Shown here: piece after piece, positions 18,622 through 27,105 of the stretch
Position numbering within the stretch: position 1 is the stretch's first letter
Layout of the letters: every line of letters starts with the position of its first letter
Source: a virus
Lineage: Duplodnaviria; Caudoviricetes
IMG/VR virus record: IMGVR_UViG_3300024325_000007
Coordinates: 1-40,504 of that record
Length of the DNA: 40,504 nt
Strand: one strand, 5' to 3'
The notes under the pieces: model-generated
What the model saw: only the letters and a program-made list of their open reading frames with translations
What the model was told of the DNA's origin: nothing
Databases searched by the model: none
Translations under genes and position numbers: made by a program

Positions 18622-19095
18622 ATGAACCAAAACCAGAAGATCCAAGCGACCGTCTCGGGCCTCGTGGCGTTCGTCGCGGCGGTGCTGATTGCGGCGGCGG
18701 TGTGCTCGTGCGCCGTGCTCGTGCAGAGCGCGGAGGTGGCTGGAGCGACAGTGGCCGGAGCCGGGATTGGATTCGTCGCTGGCGGTCCTCCTGGGGCTGT
18801 CGCAGGCGGCGGGATCGGTGCCGCGACGGCTCACGCGCTCATCGAGGCCAGCGAGAGCCAGAAGCGACTGGACGCCTACCAGAGCGCCGATAAGCCGAGC
18901 ACGTCGCATTCGCCGCCACCGAGCGGGCCTCCGAGCTTCCTCGGGATCGCGTGGTATTGGTGGGCGCTCATCCTGTACGCGCTCTACCGCAACCGCGCGC
19001 ACCTGATCGACATGCTCTCCAAGAGTGGCGGGCGCTGGGACGCGATTCTCCGTGCTGTCGGATGGCGCACGCATCGGAGCAAGGGGGCGGCCTGA
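18622..19095 (+). CDS. Glycine-zipper putative lipoprotein with C-terminal TM (unimolecular-spanin-like topology)
   Basis: Signal-like N-terminus ending AAAVCSC, Gly-zipper GAGIGFVAGGPPGAVAGGGIGAA, Pro/Ser linker, aromatic TM FLGIAWYWWALILYALY. Confidence 0.55.
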   Translation: MNQNQKIQATVSGLVAFVAAVLIAAAVCSCAVLVQSAEVAGATVAGAGIGFVAGGPPGAVAGGGIGAATAHALIEASESQKRLDAYQSADKPSTSHSPPPSGPPSFLGIAWYWWALILYALYRNRAHLIDMLSKSGGRWDAILRAVGWRTHRSKGAA

Positions 19096-19412
19096 TGTGC
19101 GTCTTTTCAATGGTCGGCGATCACTACGGCGAGAAGTGGGGCCATCTTCCGTACATCAACCCGCAGCCGCAGCCTGGAATCCATGTCACGCCTGGAACGG
19201 TAACGGTGTTCCCGGCTCTTGCAACGCAGGCGGAGCTTGAAGCGCTGCGCCGCGAGGTGCTCGACATGAAGGAACTGCTCAAGCGTGCGATCAAGTACGA
19301 CACCGAGCACGGTCAGCCCGGTTGCGAGAACGAGGACAAGGTCAAGCTGCTGCGCCGCGTCGCGGACCTCGTCGGGGTCAGCCTCGAAGACGTGCTCGGG
19401 AGCAAGCCGTGA
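19095..19412 (+). CDS. Conserved phage hypothetical protein (MCVxSMVGDHY...YD...QPxCE..K type)
   Basis: TGATG coupling; motif pattern recurrent in phage hypothetical proteins. Confidence 0.6.
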   Translation: MCVFSMVGDHYGEKWGHLPYINPQPQPGIHVTPGTVTVFPALATQAELEALRREVLDMKELLKRAIKYDTEHGQPGCENEDKVKLLRRVADLVGVSLEDVLGSKP

Positions 19413-19507
19413 TCCTCCGCACCGACCGCGACCGCTGGCTCTTCTGCGGTGCTGGGCTCTTCGGCGTCGGGGCCGCGCTTGGATTCATCGCCGGGTTGCT
19501 CTGGTAG
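19409..19507 (+). CDS. Small hydrophobic peptide (32 aa)
   Basis: GTGA overlap with the upstream stop; one TM segment WLFCGAGLFGVGAALGFIAGLLW. Confidence 0.4.
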   Translation: MILRTDRDRWLFCGAGLFGVGAALGFIAGLLW

Positions 19508-19558
19508 CCGATCCTGAGCGGCTACTTGCGGGCCGTCTCCCTGGGGTCGGGAGGCGGC
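19504..19558. terminator. Twin hairpins at the convergence of the late (+) and middle (-) operons
   Basis: GTAGCCG/CGGCTAC (19504-19525) and GCCGTCTCCC/GGGAGGCGGC (19532-19558) lie at the junction of the convergent stop codons. No clear U-tract. Confidence 0.5.
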
Positions 19559-19563
19559 TCGCG

Positions 19564-19767
19564 CTAGTCTCGGATCAGCGGGATCTTGGTCTCGTCCCAA
19601 ACGATTGATCTCGTCGGCCCGCACTCCTTGATTGGCTCAGACCAACGCTCGCCGCTCGTGGGAACGTCGCCGACCAAGAAGAACTCGACCCACTGTTGAG
19701 GCCCGAGGCGCATCCGGTAGACGCCCTGGATGTCGGCTGGCTCGGTCGATGTCCAGTAGCCGGTCAT
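19564..19767 (-). CDS. Hypothetical protein
   Basis: ATG 19767 overlaps the upstream stop (ATGA); Trp-rich small phage protein. Confidence 0.5.
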   Translation of the reverse strand: MTGYWTSTEPADIQGVYRMRLGPQQWVEFFLVGDVPTSGERWSEPIKECGPTRSIVWDETKIPLIRD

Positions 19768-20465
19768 GCCTTCACCGTCCCGGCGCGCAGCATCTTGCAC
19801 TCTTCCTCGCATTCGCGGCGGCGCGTGTTGAGATCCATCACCTGCAAGTCTTGTGCGGTAATCGCCGCGTCGCGTGTCGCAATAGTGCGCCGCATGGCTT
19901 CGCGTTCGTCCACGAGGTCGCGGATGATCGTCGCGCGCTTCTCGACTTCGGTATTCGCCTCCGCGAGCGCGCGTTCGGCGGCGTCCTTCTGCTCGATGGC
20001 TCGGCGCAAGTCGCACATGACTGACTCGGCCAGCACGTCGAGCGGGAGCATCGTGCAGCCGCAGCCCTGGTCTGTTTCGGGTGTATGGCCCTTCTGCAAG
20101 ATTGCCTCCGCCTTCCCGCGCAGCTCGCGCTCCTGAGAGAGCTGGGCTTCGAGCGCGGCGATCTTGGCCTGATAGTCCAGGTGTCGAATCCGCATCGTCT
20201 CCGCGCCCTCGAAGGCCGGAATGCCCGCCCCCTCTCGCCCGCCAGCGAGCGCGCGGAGAATCTCAGGTGGCGCGTCTCTGCCTGGGGCACGTGCGTTGTC
20301 CGAACGTCCGCGAGTCACGAGCTGCGCGCGGGCAATCGCCGCGTCCCAGGAAATCGCACTGTGCGGACTCCACCATGAAGCGGCGAAGATCGCGCAAGCA
20401 ATAACGGCCTCGTTCGGAGTCAGTGTCTCGCTCATCGCGCGCGGGTCGGGGGTCGGCATGGTCAT
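19764..20465 (-). CDS. Hypothetical coiled-coil protein
   Basis: ATG 20465 is coupled to the upstream stop; long heptad-rich C-terminal half. Confidence 0.55.
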   Translation of the reverse strand: MTMPTPDPRAMSETLTPNEAVIACAIFAASWWSPHSAISWDAAIARAQLVTRGRSDNARAPGRDAPPEILRALAGGREGAGIPAFEGAETMRIRHLDYQAKIAALEAQLSQERELRGKAEAILQKGHTPETDQGCGCTMLPLDVLAESVMCDLRRAIEQKDAAERALAEANTEVEKRATIIRDLVDEREAMRRTIATRDAAITAQDLQVMDLNTRRRECEEECKMLRAGTVKA

Positions 20466-20689
20466 GGCTTTGTTGAGGGAAGGGGCGGCGGAATCGGATC
20501 GGGAATCGGATCGACGCTGCGGTAGCCGCCGACACGCACGACGGACTGCCACCACGCGACATCTTTCGCGTTGTAGCGGCGCTGGAGCGGTCGCCTCCAG
20601 AAGTTGTGATCGGCGTCCGGTGCGCGCGTGATCCAGTACATGCACCCGACTTCCGGCACGTCCTGCGTCCAGTGCTCCCCCTCTTTCAT
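20462..20689 (-). CDS. Hypothetical protein
   Basis: ATG 20689 after GAGGAG; ATGA overlaps at both ends. Confidence 0.55.
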   Translation of the reverse strand: MKEGEHWTQDVPEVGCMYWITRAPDADHNFWRRPLQRRYNAKDVAWWQSVVRVGGYRSVDPIPDPIPPPLPSTKP

Positions 20690-21099
20690 CGCGTCTCCTC
20701 TGCGGCGGGCTCCTCGAATTCGATGGCGCGCAGCAATTCCAGGATGTGCTTGCCCTTGTCGGTCAGCCAGCACGAGTTGACGCTACTACCATGTTCGGCG
20801 AGCCCCGCCGTGTCGAGCAGGTACAGAAACAGCCAGCGCGCAGCCGGCGGCCCGTAGATCGCTGATTCCTTGGCGGTCCATTCCTTGTACCAAGCGTCGA
20901 AGCCCATCGCCTCACGGCGGTCGTCGGCGATGTGGGCGAGCATGTCGCGCAGGAACCGCATCGCATCCTCTGGCGCTCCGCATCCACAGAACTTGAGCAG
21001 CCCTCCGTGAACCAGCTCAAGCTCATCCTTGCAGTAGCATCCATCGGGATCGGCAAGCTCGCCGTCCTTCCGGTATTGGGCGAACGGATCAGCTTTCAT
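20686..21099 (-). CDS. Conserved phage protein (CGCG.P ... EHG.S...WLT.KG; winged-helix-like C-terminus)
   Basis: ATG 21099 after GAGGAG; motifs FCGCGAPE and LAEHGSSVNSCWLTDKG. Confidence 0.6.
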   Translation of the reverse strand: MKADPFAQYRKDGELADPDGCYCKDELELVHGGLLKFCGCGAPEDAMRFLRDMLAHIADDRREAMGFDAWYKEWTAKESAIYGPPAARWLFLYLLDTAGLAEHGSSVNSCWLTDKGKHILELLRAIEFEEPAAEETR

Positions 21100-21734
21100 G
21101 CGCTCTCCTCTGCGTCCTTCCCCGTCGCTTCGGGCAGCGGGGGCGCGACTCCGACCGGAAGTGCGATGCGCAGGAACGTGCGCGGCGTGTCGGCGTGCAT
21201 CGGCATCGACTCGTGAACGCAATCCGGCGAGAGCAGGTAGCCGACGTTCGCTGGCAGGACTTCGCCGCCGTCAAGCTGCGCCGCGATGTGCTTCAAGTCG
21301 CCGTCGCTCGCGGGCGTGCCGGTGAACTCGCCGCGCCATGCGCGACAGCCTGGAACGCTCGCCGCGACGATGACCGCCATGCGCGCGATTACCTCGGCGT
21401 GGATGTCGTTGCATCCGTGGAGCCAGCCACCTCCTCCGCCGCCATGCCCCCACTTGTTCGCGGCGGGCGTGAAGCATCCGTCAACGTGCGGGCCTGGACG
21501 CCGTTGCGTTGCGCCCGCGCTGACGATCTTCTCGTCCACGGTCATGTACGCGCGCCCGCGAGTCGCGCCAGCCGCAGCGCACAGCGCCGTGACGGGCTCA
21601 AGGTAGTCCTCGAAACCCGGAGGCATCGCGGGCGATTCGAGGTCGAATCCGTGCATGTAGAACTGCCTCCCTTGGAACGGCAATTCGACTTCGCACAAGC
21701 GTTGAAAGTCACTCTTGAGTATTTGCATCTTCAC
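21096..21734 (-). CDS. Putative 2OG-Fe(II) dioxygenase-like protein
   Basis: RRPGPHVDG (HxD), distal CVHES His and RTFLRI (Arg for 2-oxoglutarate), in double-stranded beta-helix order. Confidence 0.65.
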   Translation of the reverse strand: MKMQILKSDFQRLCEVELPFQGRQFYMHGFDLESPAMPPGFEDYLEPVTALCAAAGATRGRAYMTVDEKIVSAGATQRRPGPHVDGCFTPAANKWGHGGGGGGWLHGCNDIHAEVIARMAVIVAASVPGCRAWRGEFTGTPASDGDLKHIAAQLDGGEVLPANVGYLLSPDCVHESMPMHADTPRTFLRIALPVGVAPPLPEATGKDAEESA

Positions 21735-21973
21735 TCCTCTCGCAGCCGCCGCAGGGCGCGGACGGATTCGATGCTGTCTTTGAGCCTGTCGATCTCACGC
21801 TCGTAGCGGGTGATCTTGTAGACGAACAGGAATGTGAACAGGAAGATCATCGGTCTCGGCAAATCCTCGAACGCGATCATGGCGAGCAGGATGTAGACGC
21901 TTTGATCCGCGAGCCACAGGCACGAGTAGATGCCACACTGGAAACAGCCGACAGGTCGATCCTTTTCTCTCAA
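21731..21973 (-). CDS. Small membrane protein with C-terminal coiled coil
   Basis: TTG 21973 after GGAGG, overlapping the upstream stop; two hydrophobic stretches. Confidence 0.45.
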   Translation of the reverse strand: MREKDRPVGCFQCGIYSCLWLADQSVYILLAMIAFEDLPRPMIFLFTFLFVYKITRYEREIDRLKDSIESVRALRRLREE

Positions 21974-22686
21974 GCCTCCGCCTCCTCGCCGCTCGCGCGC
22001 GGGGTCGCGTTCTCCTCGGCAGCGGCGGCGCGCAGCCATCCGGTCATCTGGCATCCGTGCGGGCATGGATTGTCGGGATGCTCCAATCCGCTCCACTTGC
22101 CTTTGTGCTCAGGGCACTTCTCGGTGCGAAGCGTCTCGCGCGCGTAGATGAGGCGGTAGAGCAGGCTGCTCTTGCGGATCAAGGTGAACACCAGCCGGAT
22201 CGCTTCGATGCTTCCGGCCCAGCGCGGATTGCCGTGATGCTCTTCTTCGATGCAGTGCCGCCAAGTGTTCATGCTCTCGCACACGAGCCGAACGTGTCCA
22301 TCTTCAAGTTCCGCCACGCGCTTCCCCGCCGCGTCGCGCTCGGCTTCGAGGCGGGCGAGCTGAGAGCGGGCCGCGTCGAGGTCGTCGCGTAGCGAGCTGC
22401 AACGCAGGATCAGCTCACGGATCTGTTCGTCGTGAAGCACACCTTCACCGCTGTACGACTCCAGCGCGACAGCGGCGGCGGCCAATTCCGCCTTGACCCT
22501 CTCGCTCTCAGCCTGCGCGGCGGAAAGGGCGAGGCGGAGAGCGGATTCGCGCGCTTCGACTCGCTGACGAATCCCGTCTGCGAGCTTCCCGCTCGCATCG
22601 CTGTCTAGATTGACGGCCTCGGGAATCAATGCCGTGATTTCATCCGCCGTAAGCGGACCCGGCTCCGCTTTCAGTTGCTCGCTCAA
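21970..22686 (-). CDS. Hypothetical protein (coiled coil plus C-terminal Cys/His cluster)
   Basis: Coupled ORF; CPEHKG..W....CPHGCQ..GW putative metal site. Confidence 0.55.
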   Translation of the reverse strand: MSEQLKAEPGPLTADEITALIPEAVNLDSDASGKLADGIRQRVEARESALRLALSAAQAESERVKAELAAAAVALESYSGEGVLHDEQIRELILRCSSLRDDLDAARSQLARLEAERDAAGKRVAELEDGHVRLVCESMNTWRHCIEEEHHGNPRWAGSIEAIRLVFTLIRKSSLLYRLIYARETLRTEKCPEHKGKWSGLEHPDNPCPHGCQMTGWLRAAAAEENATPRASGEEAEA

Positions 22687-22937
22687 CGGGGCTCCTGCGC
22701 GGGCTCATAGGTTGCGGCGAAGATGTCAGCCTTGCACGGATAGACTTCGCCTTTGACTCCTTGAATCAGCCAGTCGCCTGGGCTCGCGCTCATGTTGCCT
22801 TCGAGCGTCGGGATCATCAGTGACTTCGGCGACCAGTGAGGCACGACGGCTTGAAGCCACTCGGGCGCTTTCGTCCAGTCGGTGTCGCCATCCCAGCACC
22901 ACGCCTCGATCACAACAGGCTTCTTGCGGTACTTCAT
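22683..22937 (-). CDS. Widespread conserved phage protein (RKKPVVIEA / TLEG / GDW.I.GVKGE.YPCK family, PGDYG-like)
   Basis: Near-consensus match to the family motif MKYRKKPVVIEA...IPTLEG.M.A.PGDW.I.GVKGE.YPCK.DIF..TYE. Confidence 0.8.
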   Translation of the reverse strand: MKYRKKPVVIEAWCWDGDTDWTKAPEWLQAVVPHWSPKSLMIPTLEGNMSASPGDWLIQGVKGEVYPCKADIFAATYEPAQEPR

Positions 22938-23292
22938 TTCCCCTCCGTCTCTCTCGCCGCGCGGTCGCGCAGCAGGGTTTCGAGCTTCGTGATTCGCTGC
23001 TCAGCCCTGTCGATGCTGAGCGTTTGGCAAAAGTTGATTACCGCCGCGATGGCAATAAGCGACGACCAGAACTCTGAAATCTGAGAGCGTCGTGAAGTCG
23101 TGGAACAGACGAACTGCCGCCCACTCTCCCGAGCGCAAGCGCGGGAAGGCGGGGAGGAAAGGGACACGATGAGCCTCGACGTGTATCACGCTTCCGAGCC
23201 TCGCCGTCGCGGTGCTCCAGGCGGATAGCCGATGAAGCTCGGCCTCTCGACGACGCTCTCCGACGCGGGGACGGGGGACGGGGCGGTCATGG

Positions 23293-24072
23293 CTAGTGAT
23301 CCGTCGAGCGCGTGCGCTTCGCCTTGCCCTTGTCGTCGCCAGCGAAGAACTCGACCGGGTTCTCGCGCTTCGCCTCTTCCTCGGCGATCTGGCGGTCCAG
23401 CGCGGCGTTGTCGAGCACGGGCGTTGCCTCAACTTCGCGCACGACGGGCTGCTCCTGCTCAGCCTGCTGCATCATCCCGCGCAGCGACTTGACCGGCGAT
23501 GGCACGTTGCTGTTGACGACTTCCGCCTCGACGATCTCCTTTGCCTCGGTCTCGTCGTAGAGCCCGGAGAACGAGAACGCAAGTCGCGCGCACTGGATCA
23601 TCGCGCGGTGGCGCAGCATCCGAAGCGGAGCCTTCGCCCACGGCTGCGACGTGCCCTTGCACTCTTCCATGAACTCGGTGACGACGAGCGGATGCGCGCG
23701 ATCCTTGCGGTGGATGATGCACGTCACGGCGTAGACCTCGCCGCTCTGCTGGTCCTTCTCGTAGCGGAAGTTCATGCCGTTGAACTGCGGGTGCTGATTG
23801 ATGATCGACGCCCAGCCATCGACGGAGATCATCGGCACGATGCCGCCGCCCTTGGACGGGAAGGCGTACACCTGCTTGGTGAATGGGTTGAGCCCGTATT
23901 CCTTGGCGACGATACAGAAGGCCGCGAGTTGCTCGTTCGTGGCCTGCCCGTTGGGGAACACCGTCGCCTTGACGGTCTGCGCGAACGCAACCGCGTCCAT
24001 CTGGTACGACTCGGCCAGCGCTCCAACGGCCCCAATCGGCTTCCGCTCTGTGACTGCTTGCTGCTGATTCAT
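23293..24072 (-). CDS. bet: Bet/RecT-family single-strand annealing protein
   Basis: EQLAAFCIVAKEYGLNPFTKQVYAFP.KGGGIVPMISVDGW..IINQHPQFNG, TCIIHRKDR.HP..VTEFM.EC, PW...P.RMLRHRAMIQCARLAF: lambda Bet-like. Confidence 0.92.
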   Translation of the reverse strand: MNQQQAVTERKPIGAVGALAESYQMDAVAFAQTVKATVFPNGQATNEQLAAFCIVAKEYGLNPFTKQVYAFPSKGGGIVPMISVDGWASIINQHPQFNGMNFRYEKDQQSGEVYAVTCIIHRKDRAHPLVVTEFMEECKGTSQPWAKAPLRMLRHRAMIQCARLAFSFSGLYDETEAKEIVEAEVVNSNVPSPVKSLRGMMQQAEQEQPVVREVEATPVLDNAALDRQIAEEEAKRENPVEFFAGDDKGKAKRTRSTDH

Positions 24073-24941
24073 TCGTCTTCTCCGGTGCGAAGCACCCTAG
24101 ATTCCACGGTTCTCGCCGGACGCGCCTTGTGTTGGGCGACCTGGGACTTCCAGGTTGCCCGCGCGTTTGGCGTTACGAGAGTGGTCGCGTCTTGCATCGC
24201 GGCCTTGATGACTGCCTCGCAGGCGTCCTTGTGAAGTTCGAGAGCTTTGATCTGGCGCTTGAAGTCGATTAGTTCGAGCAGCGCAATCGAAGCGTTGTCC
24301 TTCGGCCCTGCGGTGATCGTGCGCCCGCAATCCTTCGGCCACATGCGCTTGAGCACGTCGAGATCGTCCGCGCTCGTCGGGGGCGGCACGTCGGCCTTGA
24401 CGTGATGCTCGATGAAGTTGAGCAGTTGCTCCATGAGCCACGCGAGGAACACGTCGTCGCGGTCCATGCGCGGCGTCTCAAGGTGATTCCCGCCGACAAT
24501 TGCCGCGAAGTACCCGACCTCGAATCCAGTGATCCGCAGGTACGTTTGCAGTTGCACCTGATAGCCCAACGGCGCGGTGATCGCCTCGCTGTCGGCCTGC
24601 TTCCAGTCCTTCGCAGCGAAGCCGTGCGTGTTCTTACATTCGAGCACGCCGGGCTTGCCGCTCGGAAGCAATAGCAGGCGATCTGGCGAGCCCGCGAGCC
24701 ACGGGAACTCCTTGTCCACCATGAGCCCCGGAGAATCGACCACGGCGATTCCAGTGCGCTTGCGGAACCATGCGGCAGCGGCGGGCTCCATGAACGTCCC
24801 AGCCTCGACGCGCTCGATGTCGTCGAGATTCTCGGGCTGGACTTTCCCAGTAAGGATCGCCCAAGCCTCGTAGGGCGACTTGAAGCCGTGGCCGACGATG
24901 TTCGCCGCCATCGTGCCGCCTATGCGCAGTTGTTCGCTCAT
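24069..24941 (-). CDS. YqaJ-like phage exonuclease (partner of Bet)
   Basis: RIGG, FKSPYEAW, G..MEP, LAGSPDR, VLECKNT, YQVQLQTY: PD-(D/E)xK YqaJ motifs. Adjacent to bet. Confidence 0.9.
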   Translation of the reverse strand: MSEQLRIGGTMAANIVGHGFKSPYEAWAILTGKVQPENLDDIERVEAGTFMEPAAAAWFRKRTGIAVVDSPGLMVDKEFPWLAGSPDRLLLLPSGKPGVLECKNTHGFAAKDWKQADSEAITAPLGYQVQLQTYLRITGFEVGYFAAIVGGNHLETPRMDRDDVFLAWLMEQLLNFIEHHVKADVPPPTSADDLDVLKRMWPKDCGRTITAGPKDNASIALLELIDFKRQIKALELHKDACEAVIKAAMQDATTLVTPNARATWKSQVAQHKARPARTVESRVLRTGEDE

Positions 24942-25147
24942 TCGTGGCTCTCCGCAAGTTCGCAAAGCTCATCGTAGTAGCGGTCGATCAACCGCTCTTC
25001 GATCCAGTCCGGCAGCCGCTCGTCGCCGACTGAGATCGACTCGACTTCAAGCTCGCTCGGATCGGGACCGCCAGAAGGCGTCGAGCCGCTGTACCAGTCG
25101 GCTTCGACGTAGAGCCCCCGCCATGAGAACGAGACGTGCTTGGTCAT
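24938..25147 (-). CDS. Small acidic hypothetical protein
   Basis: ATGA coupling at both ends; acidic composition. Confidence 0.55.
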   Translation of the reverse strand: MTKHVSFSWRGLYVEADWYSGSTPSGGPDPSELEVESISVGDERLPDWIEERLIDRYYDELCELAESHE

Positions 25148-25404
25148 CGGTAGCACCAATCCTTCGCCATCTTCCATGCAAGATCGGAGACTTGCTCGCG
25201 CCAATTGTCGTCGTACTCAAGAACGTCCAGCGTCGCCTTCGGAATCTCCACGATCACTGGTTCGCCGTGGTCGCAGAGAGTCTCGATGCGCGCCGAATGA
25301 ACCTTGAACTCTCCGCAATCGCCGCCGTACTCGAACATGCGCACTTCGCAGTCGATCACGAGACCGCCGTACTCAACGCGAACGTCGATGGCTACCTCGC
25401 TCAC
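25144..25404 (-). CDS. Small acidic hypothetical protein
   Basis: GTGA/ATGA coupling; acidic composition. Confidence 0.55.
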   Translation of the reverse strand: MSEVAIDVRVEYGGLVIDCEVRMFEYGGDCGEFKVHSARIETLCDHGEPVIVEIPKATLDVLEYDDNWREQVSDLAWKMAKDWCYR

Positions 25405-25625
25405 TTGCGCACCCTCCCGGTCAAGATCCAGTCCACGCTCACTTTCAGCACGCGACTCAGCGGCTCAAGTTGCCGCGACGTAGGAAAGCGCGCACCCGAC
25501 TCGATCCGATTCCAGGCCGTGCGGTCGATGCCAGCTTGCAGCGCAGCATCGGCCTGCGTCAGCCCTAGTGCCTCGCGCTTGCGCTGAACGCGGACGCCGG
25601 GCGAGTCTTTCGGTTGCGTCTTCAT
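25401..25625 (-). CDS. XRE/Cro-like HTH transcriptional regulator
   Basis: REALGLTQADAALQAGIDRTAWNRIESG.R.P....L..L...L.VSVDWILTG, a classic HTH_3 pattern. Start at 25625 or 25634. Confidence 0.9.
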   Translation of the reverse strand: MKTQPKDSPGVRVQRKREALGLTQADAALQAGIDRTAWNRIESGARFPTSRQLEPLSRVLKVSVDWILTGRVRK

Positions 25626-25632
25626 GTGTGGC

Positions 25633-25661
25633 ATCCTGGCAACGTGATTTCAGCGTGTCAA
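25633..25661 (-). promoter_or_regulatory. Sigma70-like promoter for the HTH-exo-bet operon (probably leaderless)
   Basis: On the - strand: TTGACA-17 nt-(TG.)CAGGAT, then 7 nt to ATG 25625. Confidence 0.6.
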
Positions 25662-25710
25662 GCGGGCACTACGGATTTCCCGTCGCCGCAACCCCATCCC
25701 ATCCCTAGCC

Positions 25711-26223
25711 TTACGCGCCCTCTGCGCGCAAGATCGCCGGGCAGTACCGGATGCGAGCGCACTCCGCGAGGAACAGCGCGTCGGCAATCGGCCAGTGCTT
25801 GACCTTGGATAGATCCTTCGCAGCGGCGGGCCAGCGTTGGATCGCGGCCTTGACGGTTGCTTCCTTCACGGCGCGCGTGCGAGCTGCGCGTTCCTGGTCT
25901 TTCTCCTTGGTCGGCAGCGAAAGCCCGACTTCCTTGCGCCACGCCTGCGGCTGCACGAGCGCGTAGCCGATGGAGAGCGCGGCAAGGATTCCCTGCACCT
26001 CTCCGAAGCGTTGGCCGAACGTGAACATCGAAGTCACGCCTTGGCCGGGCATTGCGGAGACGCGCTCGATCACGGCGAACGCTGGGGCTGAGCCCTTGAT
26101 CTCCCGTGCCAGTTCGGGCAGCGACATGCCCTGAAACAGCGCGCTTCCGCAGTAGCCGCCTTGCTCGTTCACGAACGCGAGTGCGCCGGATGAGCCGGGG
26201 TCGATGCCGAGGTAGAGGCTCAC
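25711..26223 (-). CDS. ruvC: RuvC-like Holliday junction resolvase
   Basis: YLGIDPG.SGALA, AVIERV.AMPGQGVTSMFTFG, V.PQAWRK, ADAL.LA. Confidence 0.88.
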   Translation of the reverse strand: MSLYLGIDPGSSGALAFVNEQGGYCGSALFQGMSLPELAREIKGSAPAFAVIERVSAMPGQGVTSMFTFGQRFGEVQGILAALSIGYALVQPQAWRKEVGLSLPTKEKDQERAARTRAVKEATVKAAIQRWPAAAKDLSKVKHWPIADALFLAECARIRYCPAILRAEGA

Positions 26224-26579
26224 CGCGCCCCCACAATCCGCTCGCGTTCCCCGCGCAGCGTGCCGAGTTCCTGCTTGAGTTCGGCCATGCGGGCGTCGAT
26301 CTGCGCGAGGCGGGCCTTCGCTGGCATCTGGCGCAGGATCGCGTTGACCTCGGGCGGAAAGCCGTTCCCCGTGCTCACCTCCACGTCGAGCCCTCTCGGC
26401 TTCGGCGGCGGGTCAAGCGCGGCAAGCTCGCGGCACTCCAGCGAAGCAAGACGGTTGAGGACTTTAGGCAACTGCTCGCCGTAGTGATCGGCGACCGCTT
26501 CGAGGCGTTCAAGGCGGAGAATGTTCTCGCTGAGCAGCCTCGCGTGCGCGGCCAGCGTCTCTGAGATTGAGTCGGTCAC
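26220..26579 (-). CDS. Hypothetical coiled-coil protein
   Basis: GTG 26579 is coupled to the upstream stop. Confidence 0.5.
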   Translation of the reverse strand: MTDSISETLAAHARLLSENILRLERLEAVADHYGEQLPKVLNRLASLECRELAALDPPPKPRGLDVEVSTGNGFPPEVNAILRQMPAKARLAQIDARMAELKQELGTLRGERERIVGAR

Positions 26580-26917
26580 GGCTTGGCTCCTTCTCTCGCC
26601 CAAGCGGGCTCTCCGTCTTTTTGATCCTTCGGCCACACGATGTCGTTGTTTTCGTCCAAGGAAAATCCAGTGTCCACGAGGCACCACTTCGTAGCGGTTC
26701 CGCTCCAATACGAGCCGCCGCCGTATTTGCTGTAGATTTCGACCGGCACAACTTGGTCGTCAGCTTCAACGCGATTGGTGTCCGAAGAGAATTGCAGTTT
26801 CGTCCACTCGTCACGTTCGGTCGTGAGGTCGTGGTATGGCAGATCGGAAGTGCCGTGGTACTTGCCGTAACGGATCTCGCCGTCAGGGAAGCGCACGAGC
26901 ATCAGCGCGGAACTCAC
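26576..26917 (-). CDS. Hypothetical phage protein
   Basis: Coupled ORF; VRFPDG.I.YG.Y.GTSD ... PVEIYS.YGGGSYW.G.A pattern. Confidence 0.6.
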   Translation of the reverse strand: MSSALMLVRFPDGEIRYGKYHGTSDLPYHDLTTERDEWTKLQFSSDTNRVEADDQVVPVEIYSKYGGGSYWSGTATKWCLVDTGFSLDENNDIVWPKDQKDGEPAWAREGAKP

Positions 26918-27105
26918 GCCCCCACCGCCTTGCGATCCGCCGCTCTCTCCAGCTCTTGCAGCCTGCGGTGCATCGCGCGGACAAGCTCGTTCGTCGCGGA
27001 GAGTTCGCGCTCAAGCGCCAGGAGTTGCTTCAAGTAGCCTGCTCTGCCCTCCTCGGGCGTCAGGTCGCGGATCTTGTCGATTGCCTTGGATCGTTCGGCG
27101 TTCAT
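26914..27105 (-). CDS. Small hypothetical protein
   Basis: ATGA overlap with the dnaB stop. Confidence 0.5.
   Translation of the reverse strand: MNAERSKAIDKIRDLTPEEGRAGYLKQLLALERELSATNELVRAMHRRLQELERAADRKAVGA

Noticed and set aside
22934-23290. Possible TGA read-through or pseudogene (34-aa ORF from 23290 in frame with 22934..23167)
   Set aside because: A competing GTG-start ORF (23001..23189) fits equally well; cannot be resolved without homologues. TGA is used as a normal stop throughout the window.
26727-26770. Second hammerhead-like core on the - strand (CTGACGA...GAAA)
   Set aside because: Stem II cannot close next to GAAA, stems I/III are not evident, and it lies inside a coding region (EADDQVVPVEI).
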